In this document: one piece after another, positions 48,031-58,674 of the stretch
How positions within the stretch are numbered: position 1 is the first letter of the stretch
Layout of the letters: each line of letters starts with the position of its first letter
Sequence record: PP856017.1
Reading direction: 5' to 3' (one strand)
DNA length: 64,000 nucleotides
Made by a program: the position numbers and the translations under genes
The notes under the pieces: model-generated
Told to the model about the DNA's origin: nothing
Seen by the model: the letters and a program-made list of their open reading frames with translations, nothing else
Database searches by the model: none

Positions 48031-49344
48031 TTATTCCTTGCCCGAGTACTGGCGTGCCGACAGTTCGGCGTACTGCAGAGCCGAGCTCATCGCGCGGATC
48101 GAGTGCGATGCGTACGACGCCGCCGGCTCGTCCATCAGCTTGCGGAAGATCGTCGCGTTTGCCTTGGCCACCTTTTCGTTGGTGTCCTTGCTTTCGCCCG
48201 CGTCCTTGCCGGCGCCGGTCATGTACTTCTCGACCTTGGCGATGAACTTCGACTTGTTGTCGTTCACAGCCGTCAGGCCTTGCTTGTACGAGGCGACTTC
48301 GCCAGCGAACTTCTCGACGGCTTCCGCGAAACCGCGGATTTCGTCGACGCCCAGCGTCTTCAGCGACTTGCCTTCTTCCTTCTTCTCGCTCAGGCTGACC
48401 GAGCCCGCCTTGATCTTGCCGGCGAATTCGGTTGCGCCCTTCGCGTCAGCGGATTCCGACTTCGGCATCGCCAGGTAGACGACGCTTTCGCCCGGGAAGC
48501 GCGAGGTCACGAACACTGCGACGTCGCTTTCCGCCGTCACGCGCTTCGCGGTGCCTGCGTCGGCCGGCTTCAGGCCGTACGATGCCGGTGCCGGCGTGAT
48601 CAGGTCGCTCAGACCGATGTCGTTCACCTTGCCGTACTTGTCGGTCAGGTCCTTCTGCGCCTTGAACAGCGCCGCGCCTTCCTTGCCGAGTTCTTGCAGG
48701 TTGGCCGCCGAGACCGGCTGACCGTTCACGCGCACGGCGTTGAACAGCGAACCGTTTTCGATGTTGGCTTCTTCCGGCTGACCGCTCAGCTTCGTGGTCG
48801 ATTCCTTCAGCTTCTGCGCACGGCGCTGGAGGTTCTCGGCCGCGCCGAAGATCTTGTTGAAGAAGTTGCGGACCCACTCGATCGACTTCTTGATCGCGTC
48901 GACGATCGCCTGCCAGATCTTCTTGGCGGACAGTTCGAGGGCTTCGACCGTGGCCTTGCCCAGCGCGGCGCGGTTGTTGCGCGACTTGAACGACTCGCTC
49001 GACGGGATGCCGAGCTGCTTGTACGTCACGCCGATCTTCGCGACCTTGAGCAGTGCTTCGACGGACGTTTCGATGATCTCGGCCGTGTTCTCGTCGATGC
49101 CTTCGCCTTCGTTCGCTTCCGCGACTTGTTCAGCGATGGTTTCCAGGCCGTCGGCTGCCACGGCAGCTGCGTCGATCTGCGTGTTGCCCGTGTTGATCGC
49201 GGCTTCGTCGGCGTTGATTTCCGACACGGCGCTCGCCAGGGTGTTGGTTTCGTCCGGAGCGATTGCGTCTGCGCCGGTCATGGTGTCAGCAGCGTCGAAG
49301 TTTTCGTTCGAGTGCAGGATGCCCGATTGGGGAAGGAAAGACAT
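48031..49344 (-). CDS. Major internal head protein (phiKZ gp93-97 family paralog)
   Basis: capsid-like codon bias; SNE/GLE/SSE/ALE sites; IWQAIVDAIKKSIEWVRNFFNKIFG. Confidence 0.85.
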   Translation of the reverse strand: MSFLPQSGILHSNENFDAADTMTGADAIAPDETNTLASAVSEINADEAAINTGNTQIDAAAVAADGLETIAEQVAEANEGEGIDENTAEIIETSVEALLKVAKIGVTYKQLGIPSSESFKSRNNRAALGKATVEALELSAKKIWQAIVDAIKKSIEWVRNFFNKIFGAAENLQRRAQKLKESTTKLSGQPEEANIENGSLFNAVRVNGQPVSAANLQELGKEGAALFKAQKDLTDKYGKVNDIGLSDLITPAPASYGLKPADAGTAKRVTAESDVAVFVTSRFPGESVVYLAMPKSESADAKGATEFAGKIKAGSVSLSEKKEEGKSLKTLGVDEIRGFAEAVEKFAGEVASYKQGLTAVNDNKSKFIAKVEKYMTGAGKDAGESKDTNEKVAKANATIFRKLMDEPAASYASHSIRAMSSALQYAELSARQYSGKE

Positions 49345-49478
49345 GTTGGATTACTCCATTGCAATGAAGAGGTTACTAAGAGGCCCTTAGTTTAAAACAC
49401 CTACTCGCGTAGGATCCGGAAAAACGTGCATTCTAAACTATATGCCTAAAACACACGCTTTAGTTTCTCACCAAACGA

Positions 49479-50060
49479 TTAAGAGCCGAAAAACACGCGA
49501 AGCGTGAACAGCATGTCACTGATACCGTCACGCTGACCCAGCCACGTACGCAAGAAGTCCCGGATGAGAACGGGTTCGTTGCGATAGTTTACGAGATATT
49601 CGCGAGTCGCGACGCCAATCGTCCAGGCATTGTGTTTGCCGATCGTGCAAGTGTCGAGGTAAATCGACGGATGATACTTGCGGAACCCGGTATACACGTA
49701 ACAGACCGTCTCGTCAACGAAACGATTCTGCATCGTGTCAAAATATGGGTTTTGTTTTTGTTTTTCGATCCAGTCATTGATCGTAAGCGTACCGAACGCA
49801 CGAAGACCGGCCACATAGAGACGCTCGCGAAAAGCGTGGTCCCGTTTGAGGATGTCCTCGTGCTTCGTGGTCTCTTTCCAGATCTCTTCGATTTCCTGGT
49901 TAGGCGCCATGTCGGTGTCTTCAGGCTCCAGGCTGATGCGTCGCATCGCCGTACCTATAAGATCCACCTGAATGGGCTGACCCACCTGAGCCTTGCGGTA
50001 CTCGATGGGTGCACCCAGAAAACCATTCGGATAGAGCTTCAACCCACCGAAGATTTTCAT
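49479..50060 (-). CDS. Conserved protein (phiKZ gp91-like position)
   Basis: start MKIFGG coupled to upstream stop. Confidence 0.65.
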   Translation of the reverse strand: MKIFGGLKLYPNGFLGAPIEYRKAQVGQPIQVDLIGTAMRRISLEPEDTDMAPNQEIEEIWKETTKHEDILKRDHAFRERLYVAGLRAFGTLTINDWIEKQKQNPYFDTMQNRFVDETVCYVYTGFRKYHPSIYLDTCTIGKHNAWTIGVATREYLVNYRNEPVLIRDFLRTWLGQRDGISDMLFTLRVFFGS

Positions 50061-50950
50061 TACTGCATCTCCTCTTCGGCCTTGTTGATTTTGTAAATCA
50101 ACCCTTCCGACTTGTCGCGCAGGATTTTGATTTCCTTCTCGACTTGCGGGTTGGACTTGCCGGCATGCGCTTCTTCCAGGAGCAGGATGCGCGACTGGAT
50201 GCGGCGGAGGTCTTCCTGCGCTTCCTTGTAACGCCATGCCTGGAATTCAGCGATCCACTTGCCGATGTGGAAGAACGGGTTCAGGCTGACCGGGATGAAG
50301 CCCAGTTTGAACGGGTCCATCTTCAGCCGGCCGAACAGCGCGTTGTTGTCGTCGCTGTCCACGTCGACCTTCACGTTCGGGATGTCGTCGAACTTCTTCT
50401 TGAAACCGTCGTCCGACAACGATGCGAGAACTTCCAGGAAGTACGGGAAACGAGCCTCGATCCAGGCAGCTTCGCCCTTCGTGAGGTTGTCCTTCTGGTA
50501 GTCTTCGTACATGCCGATAGCGTCGGTCTCGTACACCGTGACAGCCTCGATGAACTTGCGGATAAAGCGGTTCAGAAACGCCGCATTGTCCACCATTTGC
50601 ATCATGACTGCCGAGCGATGGTCGATCGTCTGCTGCGACACCGTTTCGGGCATCGACTTGTGGATTTCCTGAGCCAGGATATCCAGGTTCTTCTGAACCT
50701 TATGGATGCGATCCTTCAGGTCTTCGATGGTCGACGCGTTGCGTCCCAGACGGAATGCTTCGCGATACCGCTCATCGTAACCGATGACCACTTCCGACTT
50801 CGGCTTGATCGTTTTGAATGCCGCCGAGGCTGTACCGACGATGGGAACGACTTTGGTGCTCAGGTCTTGCTGAACCACGTCCAGCGAGTTGAGCACCTCG
50901 TCCTTACTCGTCACACCCTTGAGCGACTTGACGTATGCGTTGATGTTCAT
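50060..50950 (-). CDS. Head/inner-body protein (phiKZ gp90-like)
   Basis: start MNINAY; DPFKLGFIP..NPFFHIG..IAE motif. Confidence 0.75.
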   Translation of the reverse strand: MNINAYVKSLKGVTSKDEVLNSLDVVQQDLSTKVVPIVGTASAAFKTIKPKSEVVIGYDERYREAFRLGRNASTIEDLKDRIHKVQKNLDILAQEIHKSMPETVSQQTIDHRSAVMMQMVDNAAFLNRFIRKFIEAVTVYETDAIGMYEDYQKDNLTKGEAAWIEARFPYFLEVLASLSDDGFKKKFDDIPNVKVDVDSDDNNALFGRLKMDPFKLGFIPVSLNPFFHIGKWIAEFQAWRYKEAQEDLRRIQSRILLLEEAHAGKSNPQVEKEIKILRDKSEGLIYKINKAEEEMQ

Positions 50951-50967
50951 GTTGGCGCGCCTTGCAG

Positions 50968-52065
50968 TTAGAAGCTCGGAGCGTTGCCGAGCTGGTATGC
51001 TTTCAGAATATCGGTGATCGAGGCACCTTCCTTCTGGTTGGACGCCTTGCATTCACGGATCGACAGATCGGACACCGACGGAATGCCGGTCGTGTAGAAC
51101 TGCACACGGTCGTATTCCGGATCCATGACTGCCACGATGAACAGACCCGTCGCGTCGAACAACTTCTGACGTGCCTTGAAGTTGCTGAACTTGTCGTTCA
51201 TCATGAGCTCGACCTTCTTGATGGTTTCCGTGGTGGTCACCATGAGGTTGGTCGAATTCGCAACCGACGGGTTCAACGACAGCAGGCCGGCGAAACGGTT
51301 GTTGCGACGTTGGTTCGAAAGAGCCGTGTAGACGCCGGACTTGTCCGACATCAGGTTCTTCTTGTGCTCTTTCACCAGGTCACGTGCCGTGAGCAGATCG
51401 ACCAGATTGATCTGACCGCTACGGTACTTGATCCAGCGCGTGGATACGTCGTTGTCCACATGGCCCGTCGAGAGCAGCTTCGCGACGAGATCCGGCACCA
51501 TCGTCGATGCTTGCAGACGGATCATGATCGGCAGCGTGCCCTTGTTGCCACCGGCAGAGATCTGAACTTCCAGAATCTTGCCAACGGACAGATTGCTCGC
51601 TTCTTTGATCACTTCGACCGAACGCCCCACCAAACCGCCCGGTTCGGAGATCTCGTTCGCACCGCCCAGCAGTTCCGTCGCTTCGTTCGAAACGGTGAAA
51701 CGCGGCAGACGATGTTTGAAGCTTTCGTTGGACATGCTCCAGATTGCACCGGCCGTATCGATCGCACTGTCCTTCGGCGAACGATTCGGGTTGAGTTTGT
51801 CCAGGTGGCGGGCAACGGCGATGTTGTCGATGGTGGCCTGGAGCATGTTCCAGGACAGCAGATAGTATGCCGAAAAAGCCGAATGCAGTGACTGGGTCAC
51901 TGTGGGCGTATTTTCGTTGAAGAGCACACTGGAGTCGACGATCATCAACGGCTCGACACGCGACGGACGGGTGTAATCGACGTACGAATCGGCAGTGCCC
52001 GAACGCAGTGCATCGATTACCTTGCCAGCCGTAACCAGGCCGGCTTCTCCAAGCTTTTCAAGCAT
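50968..52065 (-). CDS. Head/inner-body protein (phiKZ gp89-like)
   Basis: RVEP..VD, SAYYL, SNES site; synteny. Confidence 0.75.
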   Translation of the reverse strand: MLEKLGEAGLVTAGKVIDALRSGTADSYVDYTRPSRVEPLMIVDSSVLFNENTPTVTQSLHSAFSAYYLLSWNMLQATIDNIAVARHLDKLNPNRSPKDSAIDTAGAIWSMSNESFKHRLPRFTVSNEATELLGGANEISEPGGLVGRSVEVIKEASNLSVGKILEVQISAGGNKGTLPIMIRLQASTMVPDLVAKLLSTGHVDNDVSTRWIKYRSGQINLVDLLTARDLVKEHKKNLMSDKSGVYTALSNQRRNNRFAGLLSLNPSVANSTNLMVTTTETIKKVELMMNDKFSNFKARQKLFDATGLFIVAVMDPEYDRVQFYTTGIPSVSDLSIRECKASNQKEGASITDILKAYQLGNAPSF

Positions 52066-52097
52066 GATTTCATTCCTCGGGATAACAGGACTTTAAA

Positions 52098-53366
52098 GTG
52101 GATAACAGATTAGATCTCACGATTGACCAGATCTATTCACTCGGTAAGAACGGGTCTGAGACCTTGCAGGCCGGGCTGGACCGAGTGTATAACTCGACCC
52201 CGCTCGGTCCGCTGCCGAGTAATATGGTCAACACGATTTACGGTATTAACCACCGACAGACTCAGCTGGCTTTGCCTTTCAACCGCGACAATTATGGTTT
52301 GACATTTTTTACGCGGCCACGGATGAACCTGACCACGAACAATCTTCGTTTTGTTAGGCAAATGTATCCGTTGTTGAACACGGAGCCAAGGTCTATTCAG
52401 CGGATTATTCGCTGCCTGCTGGATCCCTCACTGGCATATCCAGACACGCAGTATACCAACATCCAACCTGTCAAATCGCCCTATGTGGACGATTTGAATA
52501 TGTTTATTCCACTGCTGTCAAACCTTTGTCTGACAATTTCCGGCTGGCCTGATTTCGTCGTAGATACTCATACGACGCCCGAGGGACATTACCGGGAATC
52601 GCACAGCATGGTCGACAGCAGTGTAGAAATTAAAAACACATACGAATTGTCGGCGTCCTTTCGGAACATACCGAATAATCCGGTCACATTATTGTTTTAT
52701 TTCTGGATCTTCTACGCATCGAAGGTCTTCGAAGGTGAAATGATTCCGTACGGTTCTTCGCTGTACGAAAATGAGATCGATTACAACACGCGAATCTATC
52801 GCCTGGTTCTGGATCCAACCAAGCGTTACGTCCAGCACATCCTGTCGACTGGAGCGGCTTTCCCCCTCAATGCTCCTGTTGGTGCGTTGGGTAACTTCGA
52901 CCACGATCAGCCCTTCAATGAATCAGGGGACAACGTCAACATCCGCTTCCAATGTATCGGAATGGATTACAACGATCCGATCCAGATTCAGGAGTTTAAC
53001 GCAGCTGTTGCGATCATGAATCCTGGCATGGACGACGCATACCGTGACCAGTATTACATCAAGATTCCTTACCAGGTCCTCTCGTTCTTTAACATGCGCG
53101 GTTATCCTCGCATCGAAAAGAGCACGATGGAACTGGAGTGGTATGTGTCTTATGCCATGTTCCAGTCGTACGCTACTCAGTTGGCAGACTTCTCGAACAT
53201 TGCTGGGGTACGCAACCAGACGTTCCTGCAATATATTTCCGCATCTGATTCGTCTAATTATAAGCAAGCATTGGACAATCTGGATACCCAGAATCCGAAT
53301 CAGTCGTTTAACGGTGGCATCATCCAGACCCCCGTCAATGGCGACAGTGGTTCATCACAGACTTAA
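52098..53366 (+). CDS. Virion protein, tube/baseplate-like (phiKZ gp88-like)
   Basis: GINHR, G.TFFTRP..NL, EIDYNTRIYRLVLD motifs; GTG start. Confidence 0.75.
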   Translation: MDNRLDLTIDQIYSLGKNGSETLQAGLDRVYNSTPLGPLPSNMVNTIYGINHRQTQLALPFNRDNYGLTFFTRPRMNLTTNNLRFVRQMYPLLNTEPRSIQRIIRCLLDPSLAYPDTQYTNIQPVKSPYVDDLNMFIPLLSNLCLTISGWPDFVVDTHTTPEGHYRESHSMVDSSVEIKNTYELSASFRNIPNNPVTLLFYFWIFYASKVFEGEMIPYGSSLYENEIDYNTRIYRLVLDPTKRYVQHILSTGAAFPLNAPVGALGNFDHDQPFNESGDNVNIRFQCIGMDYNDPIQIQEFNAAVAIMNPGMDDAYRDQYYIKIPYQVLSFFNMRGYPRIEKSTMELEWYVSYAMFQSYATQLADFSNIAGVRNQTFLQYISASDSSNYKQALDNLDTQNPNQSFNGGIIQTPVNGDSGSSQT

Positions 53367-53380
53367 ATTGGAGCCAGTTA

Positions 53381-56299
53381 ATGGGCACTATCCGTGACTT
53401 CATGGACGACGCGCTGGCCGCGTCGTATGACCCCAGCGGTCAATTCCGGGCTGCGATGCGAACGGTTACATCGATTATGAATGGAGAGATTGACGATATC
53501 TCTCCTGCCAATCCGGTGGTACTGTCGCTCGAAGTCCAGGCAGCACTCATTGCAGCGTTCACCGAGAACATGCAATCGGAAACGCGGCGGCTGTTGCAGG
53601 TAGCGGCCCTCACCCCCGAGGATCTCTATCCGCATATGGCGGACGTCCACTTCACCAACATCTTCAATCTGCCGGCAAGCACGACGTTCACACTGATTCT
53701 GGATAAGAAGGAAATCCTGAATGCGATGGTGCCCGTGCCCGGCACGATGTCGAGTAAGGTGACGATTCCTCGTGATTCGTACTTCACGATCTCGGATTAC
53801 GTCTTCGGTATTCACTATCCGATCGACATTATCCAGATGGTACACGGCGGCATTCGTGTTTCGTACGACACGAGCGAGCTCACCAAGCTTCAGGCGCTGT
53901 CGACCAACATCCTGAAGACGCGCGAAGTTCAGCGCGACGGCGTGACGTATCTGGCGATCGACATCGAGGTGTTTCAGTTCAACATCACGAGCAAGACGCC
54001 GACCGTTACGCAAGGTACGACTTTCAGCTACAACGTGGCGATCACGGATCTGTACTACGCGACTCGTGTTTACATCACGAACGCTGATGGTTCGATCAGT
54101 GAGATCCCGGTCACCTACAGCACAAAGATCTACGACCCGCTGAATCCGTGCGCGGTGGTGCAGTTGCTCGATGGAGTGGTGAACGTTTCCATTCCTCAGA
54201 TCTACATCAACAACCAGCAAGTGCTGGGTCAGTTGCGCATCGATGTCTACACGACGAAGGGTCCGCTTCAAACCGATTTCTCCAGCTATTCGATCGGCTC
54301 GATCGGATATCGCTTCAGAGACCTCGATAAGACGGCGGATACGACGTATACGGCCCCGATGCAGCAATTGGATACCTGTACCATACTCGGCGAACAACCG
54401 GTCTCTGGCGGGGCTCTGGGCATGTCGTTCGATGAACTGCGTGCTGCGGTGATTGCTGATGCAATTGGCGATCCGACTCTGCCTATCACGCCAGCTCAGA
54501 TCCAGAATTTCATCACGCGTCTGGGTTACGATGTGATCAAGAACACCGACATCGTCACCGACCGTGTGTTTCTGGGTACGAAGAACATGCCTGACCCGAC
54601 GGATCCGACGTTGCTGACAGCTGCGAATGCTTCTATCGAAACGATGAATGCAGCGTTCACGGATCTGATCGGCAATTCGGCTGTCATCGACAACACAGCG
54701 GATTCGAATTCCATCACGCTTAAGCCTTCGGCTATTTACCAGCTGGTAGACGGCATGCTTCAGTTGGTGGACGATTCGGTCCTCGCTTCGATCAATGCAA
54801 TGCGCAGCGATCTGAAGGCAACTTACGTGACGAATGGGAACTTCCTCTATTCGCCGTATTACTACGTGCTGGATAAGAGCAACAACCAGTTCCGTCTTGC
54901 GCCTTACTACCTCGACAACCCCACGGTTGAGTCGCAGACATTCGTCGACGACAACGAAGGTACGCTCTTGCAGGTCAACACCAACGGCTACACGCTGGTG
55001 AAGACCGATACGGGCTACAAGCTCCAACTCACAGTCAAGTCCAACGACGACTACAAGGCTTTGCAGGACACGGATGTTCAGTGTCTGCTGGGCTTCACGT
55101 CGCCGACTGAAGAAGACCCGTGCTGGCTGATGGGTACACTCTTCGGAACGGATCCGACCAGCAAGGAACGGATCTGGGAATTCGACCTCACGAGCCAGTT
55201 TGCCATGGACGTGAACGATCGGATTGATTTCCGTAACTTCAAGATGTACGACACGACCAACAAGACGATCTATTCGGATCTCTTGCAGGACTTCACGGTT
55301 ATCTATGCGACGCAATCGCAAATGGGTAACCTGTTTGTGCCGGGACTGATCGACGCACTGCTGCCGCGTTATCTGACGGGCATGAACAGCAAGGCTATCT
55401 GCCAGGAAACCCTCTCGTTGCAGTTTGGTCAGGCTCTGTCGAATCTTTGGGCTCGTGCTCGTTCGGTTGCTTCCACGATCGAATACGAAACGTACCCGAC
55501 CGATCAGATCTTGCGCTATCCGGACGATGTGTATAAGGTCGATCCAGCTACCAACAGCCAGATCTTCATGGTTGATGGTAAACCCACTCGTATTCTGCTT
55601 CATGCGAAGGGAGATCCTCAACTGGATGCAGATGGTAACCAGCAGATCCAGTATCCGGCAGGTTCCATCGTCTACGACTACACGCAAACGCCTCCGGCGC
55701 CTATCGTGAAGAATGTTCGTTACCTGAAACACCGGTTCGAACTGTTCCTGATCGAAGGTGTGTATGCGTTCAGTAACGACGACATCGCTATCGCCTATCG
55801 CAACACTGTCGCTCAGACAGTGGCTTCGTGGGTGACGACGGACATGGTGGCGGTTCAGAAGGCTTCGATGGACAAGACGAATGTCTACTTCTATCCGAAG
55901 ACCATCTTTGGCACCATCGAGGTGACGGTCGCTGACGGCATCATCCAGCAGATCTCGGCAGGTCAGCGTTTCGACGTGGCTCTGACTGTATCGAAAGAAG
56001 TCTATCAAAACGACGTGCTTCGTGCACAACTGGAAACTCAGACGACGACAACCATCGCCACTTATCTGAAGAACCAGACGCTGGCAAACAGCGACATCGT
56101 TGAGAATCTGCGCATTGCGTATGGTGACGATGTGATGGATGCTCAAGTATCGCTCTTTGGCGATTCTGCGAACATCCCTGTCATGCAGTTGGTGAATCCG
56201 GTTCACTGTTGCGGTATTCGTAAACGCCTGGTTTCTCGTGATGACGATAAACTGGTCGTGGAAGAAGACATCAACGTGACCTTCTCGATGATCCAGTAA
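53381..56299 (+). CDS. Baseplate wedge-like protein (phiKZ gp87-like)
   Basis: 972 aa; NP.V..LE, LY.HM.D, GG....F.ELR motifs; synteny. Confidence 0.8.
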   Translation: MGTIRDFMDDALAASYDPSGQFRAAMRTVTSIMNGEIDDISPANPVVLSLEVQAALIAAFTENMQSETRRLLQVAALTPEDLYPHMADVHFTNIFNLPASTTFTLILDKKEILNAMVPVPGTMSSKVTIPRDSYFTISDYVFGIHYPIDIIQMVHGGIRVSYDTSELTKLQALSTNILKTREVQRDGVTYLAIDIEVFQFNITSKTPTVTQGTTFSYNVAITDLYYATRVYITNADGSISEIPVTYSTKIYDPLNPCAVVQLLDGVVNVSIPQIYINNQQVLGQLRIDVYTTKGPLQTDFSSYSIGSIGYRFRDLDKTADTTYTAPMQQLDTCTILGEQPVSGGALGMSFDELRAAVIADAIGDPTLPITPAQIQNFITRLGYDVIKNTDIVTDRVFLGTKNMPDPTDPTLLTAANASIETMNAAFTDLIGNSAVIDNTADSNSITLKPSAIYQLVDGMLQLVDDSVLASINAMRSDLKATYVTNGNFLYSPYYYVLDKSNNQFRLAPYYLDNPTVESQTFVDDNEGTLLQVNTNGYTLVKTDTGYKLQLTVKSNDDYKALQDTDVQCLLGFTSPTEEDPCWLMGTLFGTDPTSKERIWEFDLTSQFAMDVNDRIDFRNFKMYDTTNKTIYSDLLQDFTVIYATQSQMGNLFVPGLIDALLPRYLTGMNSKAICQETLSLQFGQALSNLWARARSVASTIEYETYPTDQILRYPDDVYKVDPATNSQIFMVDGKPTRILLHAKGDPQLDADGNQQIQYPAGSIVYDYTQTPPAPIVKNVRYLKHRFELFLIEGVYAFSNDDIAIAYRNTVAQTVASWVTTDMVAVQKASMDKTNVYFYPKTIFGTIEVTVADGIIQQISAGQRFDVALTVSKEVYQNDVLRAQLETQTTTTIATYLKNQTLANSDIVENLRIAYGDDVMDAQVSLFGDSANIPVMQLVNPVHCCGIRKRLVSRDDDKLVVEEDINVTFSMIQ

Positions 56300-56309
56300 C
56301 ATAGCGAAT

Positions 56310-56343
56310 CATACACACCTGGGCTTACGCCCAGGTGTGTATG
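56310..56343. terminator. Bidirectional hairpin between convergent genes
   Basis: 15-bp stem CATACACACCTGGGC/GCCCAGGTGTGTATG. Confidence 0.8.
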
Positions 56344-56352
56344 CTCTTTCGT

Positions 56353-58170
56353 TTATTCTTTCTGACCAGTGATGATCTTCAAGGCTTTCTGCGCTTCTTC
56401 GTGTGACATGGTCACCGACGGCGCGTTTTCGTCGTCATCGTCCGAACCACCGAAGGAAACCTTCAGATGTTTGACGGAAACGAACGGCAGCATGTGCTGG
56501 TTGACCTGCGACTCACGAGCTTCTTTGCTCAGCTCCGACAGATCGTCCACAAGCTCTTCCAACGAAGGCGGAACCTGCTCTTTCACCTTGTTGTAAAGCG
56601 TCACGATGCTGGCTGCGTTTTTGCGCAGCGTATTGACGACATCAGCGGCGTTCTTGGTGACTTCCGTGTAAACACGGGAGATTTCCGAATACACACGCAT
56701 CAGGCCTGCATAATCTTCGGTCAGCATACGCTGAAGCCCGATGATCGTATTCATGTTTTCTTTTTGAGCATACTTCGCAGCACGCTCTTCGTTCGACATC
56801 TCAGGGGTGATTTTGAAGTCACCGCCTTTGACTGCCTTCTGATAATCTTCGGCTTTCTTCTCCAGTTGCTGGAGAATAGGCTGGGACTTCTTCAGAAGTT
56901 CGATGAAGGTGATCATGCCGCGCCAGTCCACTTCCTTCAGACGACGAACGCCCATCTGGTAACCGGTAAGCAGTTCTTCCAGGTCGTTGAAGTTAGGCTC
57001 GTTCGAACCAGCATCATGAATGCTGTCGCGAAGAGTCTGTGCCCATTCACCAACCGAATTGAAAGTCTTGGAACCGATCTTGAAAGTAGCCAGGTCGCCA
57101 CCAGAAACATCAGCAACCGTTTTCAGGAGAGCCTGCTCTTTCACATTTGCGAAGAGATGCGCGGTATGACCGTAATCCGAGAAGCCGGAACTCATCTCTT
57201 TGCCGATGCTGAATGCTTCTTCCAGCGCCTGCAGACGGGAAAGCATCAGATGGCTGTAGCTGTTGAAACCTTCGAACGAATGGGTGATGAGACTCATTGC
57301 GTCGCTACGTTCGAGTGCGAAAACAACCCGTGCGTACCGGCTCGGCTTTCTCATGTATTCCAGTACTTGCGAACCACCTTCGAGTCCGGTCAGAACGTCG
57401 ATCAGATTGATTTTCAGGAAGTGTTCATGCTTCGGCTGAGGATCGATCTTAACGTTGTCCAACAGATCCGGAATTTCGTCCATGATCTGTTTCTGAAGCG
57501 GTTCCGGCAACGATGAGTTGCGGATCATTTCATGACTGATCGCATTGGGCATGCGAACGTTAAGCGTCTTGCCATGAGCATCGCGAACGGTTTTGGATGT
57601 GCGTTCGAGGACCTTTTCCTGCTGGTCCACTTTCTTTTCAGACTCGCGAATGCCCTGCTCCACTTTGTCGAGTGAAGCACCACCGCCGCTGGACGAACCG
57701 CCCGTACCGCCGAACATCCAGTTGATGAACTTGTAGATGATGGCTGCGAGGAAAGCAGCAGCAGCTGCAATCACGACCCACATCTGAGTGGAGATTGACT
57801 CCAGGCTCGGATGATAGCCGACGCCGGAAATGACTTCGGTGAAACCGTTGGGTTTCACGAATGATTCCATATCTGGCACCAGTTCAAGCAGTTCATAAGC
57901 CATACCGCGACTCATGCCTTTGGCCTTCATCATGCGATCATGGAAATCGACCAGGCGATTGATGTAGGCTTCAGTGGAGATGATCAGATCGATATCGTCC
58001 TTCATGTCCGGGAGTTCGTTGGCGAGCTCCGGTTGTTTGAAGTAATCGACGTCGGGCATTTCAAAACCACTGTTGGGACCACCCTCAGCTGCAGACTTCA
58101 TGGCTGCAGCGCGGATGTCCTCGGTATCGTTGAACTTGTCCCACGTGAAAAGTGAATCACCGTGCATCAT
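56353..58170 (-). CDS. Internal head protein with TM segment (phiKZ gp86-like position)
   Basis: SLE site followed by MWVVIAAAAAFLAAIIYKFINWMFGG. Confidence 0.75.
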   Translation of the reverse strand: MMHGDSLFTWDKFNDTEDIRAAAMKSAAEGGPNSGFEMPDVDYFKQPELANELPDMKDDIDLIISTEAYINRLVDFHDRMMKAKGMSRGMAYELLELVPDMESFVKPNGFTEVISGVGYHPSLESISTQMWVVIAAAAAFLAAIIYKFINWMFGGTGGSSSGGGASLDKVEQGIRESEKKVDQQEKVLERTSKTVRDAHGKTLNVRMPNAISHEMIRNSSLPEPLQKQIMDEIPDLLDNVKIDPQPKHEHFLKINLIDVLTGLEGGSQVLEYMRKPSRYARVVFALERSDAMSLITHSFEGFNSYSHLMLSRLQALEEAFSIGKEMSSGFSDYGHTAHLFANVKEQALLKTVADVSGGDLATFKIGSKTFNSVGEWAQTLRDSIHDAGSNEPNFNDLEELLTGYQMGVRRLKEVDWRGMITFIELLKKSQPILQQLEKKAEDYQKAVKGGDFKITPEMSNEERAAKYAQKENMNTIIGLQRMLTEDYAGLMRVYSEISRVYTEVTKNAADVVNTLRKNAASIVTLYNKVKEQVPPSLEELVDDLSELSKEARESQVNQHMLPFVSVKHLKVSFGGSDDDDENAPSVTMSHEEAQKALKIITGQKE

Positions 58171-58181
58171 GGCGAATCACC

Positions 58182-58658
58182 TCAGGTGAGCGAGATCTTG
58201 TTGCTGTCGCGAAGCTTGCTGATGAGCAGGTTCGCCAGTTGCAACACGCGAGCGGCGCCCATGCCCGTTGCCTTGATCGCTTCCCAGACTTCGACCGGCA
58301 TGACCGGAGCGAGTCCCAATGCGGTTGCCAGAAAGTCGAATTCCGGGTTGGCATTGTAGTCGCACGCATCGCCGTTCAGGATACGGCTGCGCAACAGGAA
58401 CATCATCTTGGCCGCGTCCACAGCACACGGTACGTCGATGAGCAGTTCCTCGTTCAGGAACGACACCGTACGCGCCACGTTGCCAGCATGCGCATCTGCG
58501 AAGACGGTAACCGGATTCAGTTCGTGACCGTACTTCGGGATGAGGTGATTGCCGATTGCCATGCCCACGAGCACGGGCAGGATCAAACGGCGGTTCACGG
58601 TGTCCGGGAGCATCAATGCTGCTTTGCCCGCGAACTCTTGAATTTCGAGATTCTGCAT
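58182..58658 (-). CDS. Conserved protein (phiKZ gp85-like position)
   Basis: 158 aa; synteny. Confidence 0.65.
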   Translation of the reverse strand: MQNLEIQEFAGKAALMLPDTVNRRLILPVLVGMAIGNHLIPKYGHELNPVTVFADAHAGNVARTVSFLNEELLIDVPCAVDAAKMMFLLRSRILNGDACDYNANPEFDFLATALGLAPVMPVEVWEAIKATGMGAARVLQLANLLISKLRDSNKISLT

Positions 58659-58674
58659 GATGGGTTACCTGTTG

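Noticed and set aside
49479-51052. Long N-terminal extensions given by the ORF track for gp91-like and gp90-like genes
   Set aside because: Extensions overlap upstream genes and lack an SD; true starts are at 50060 and 50950
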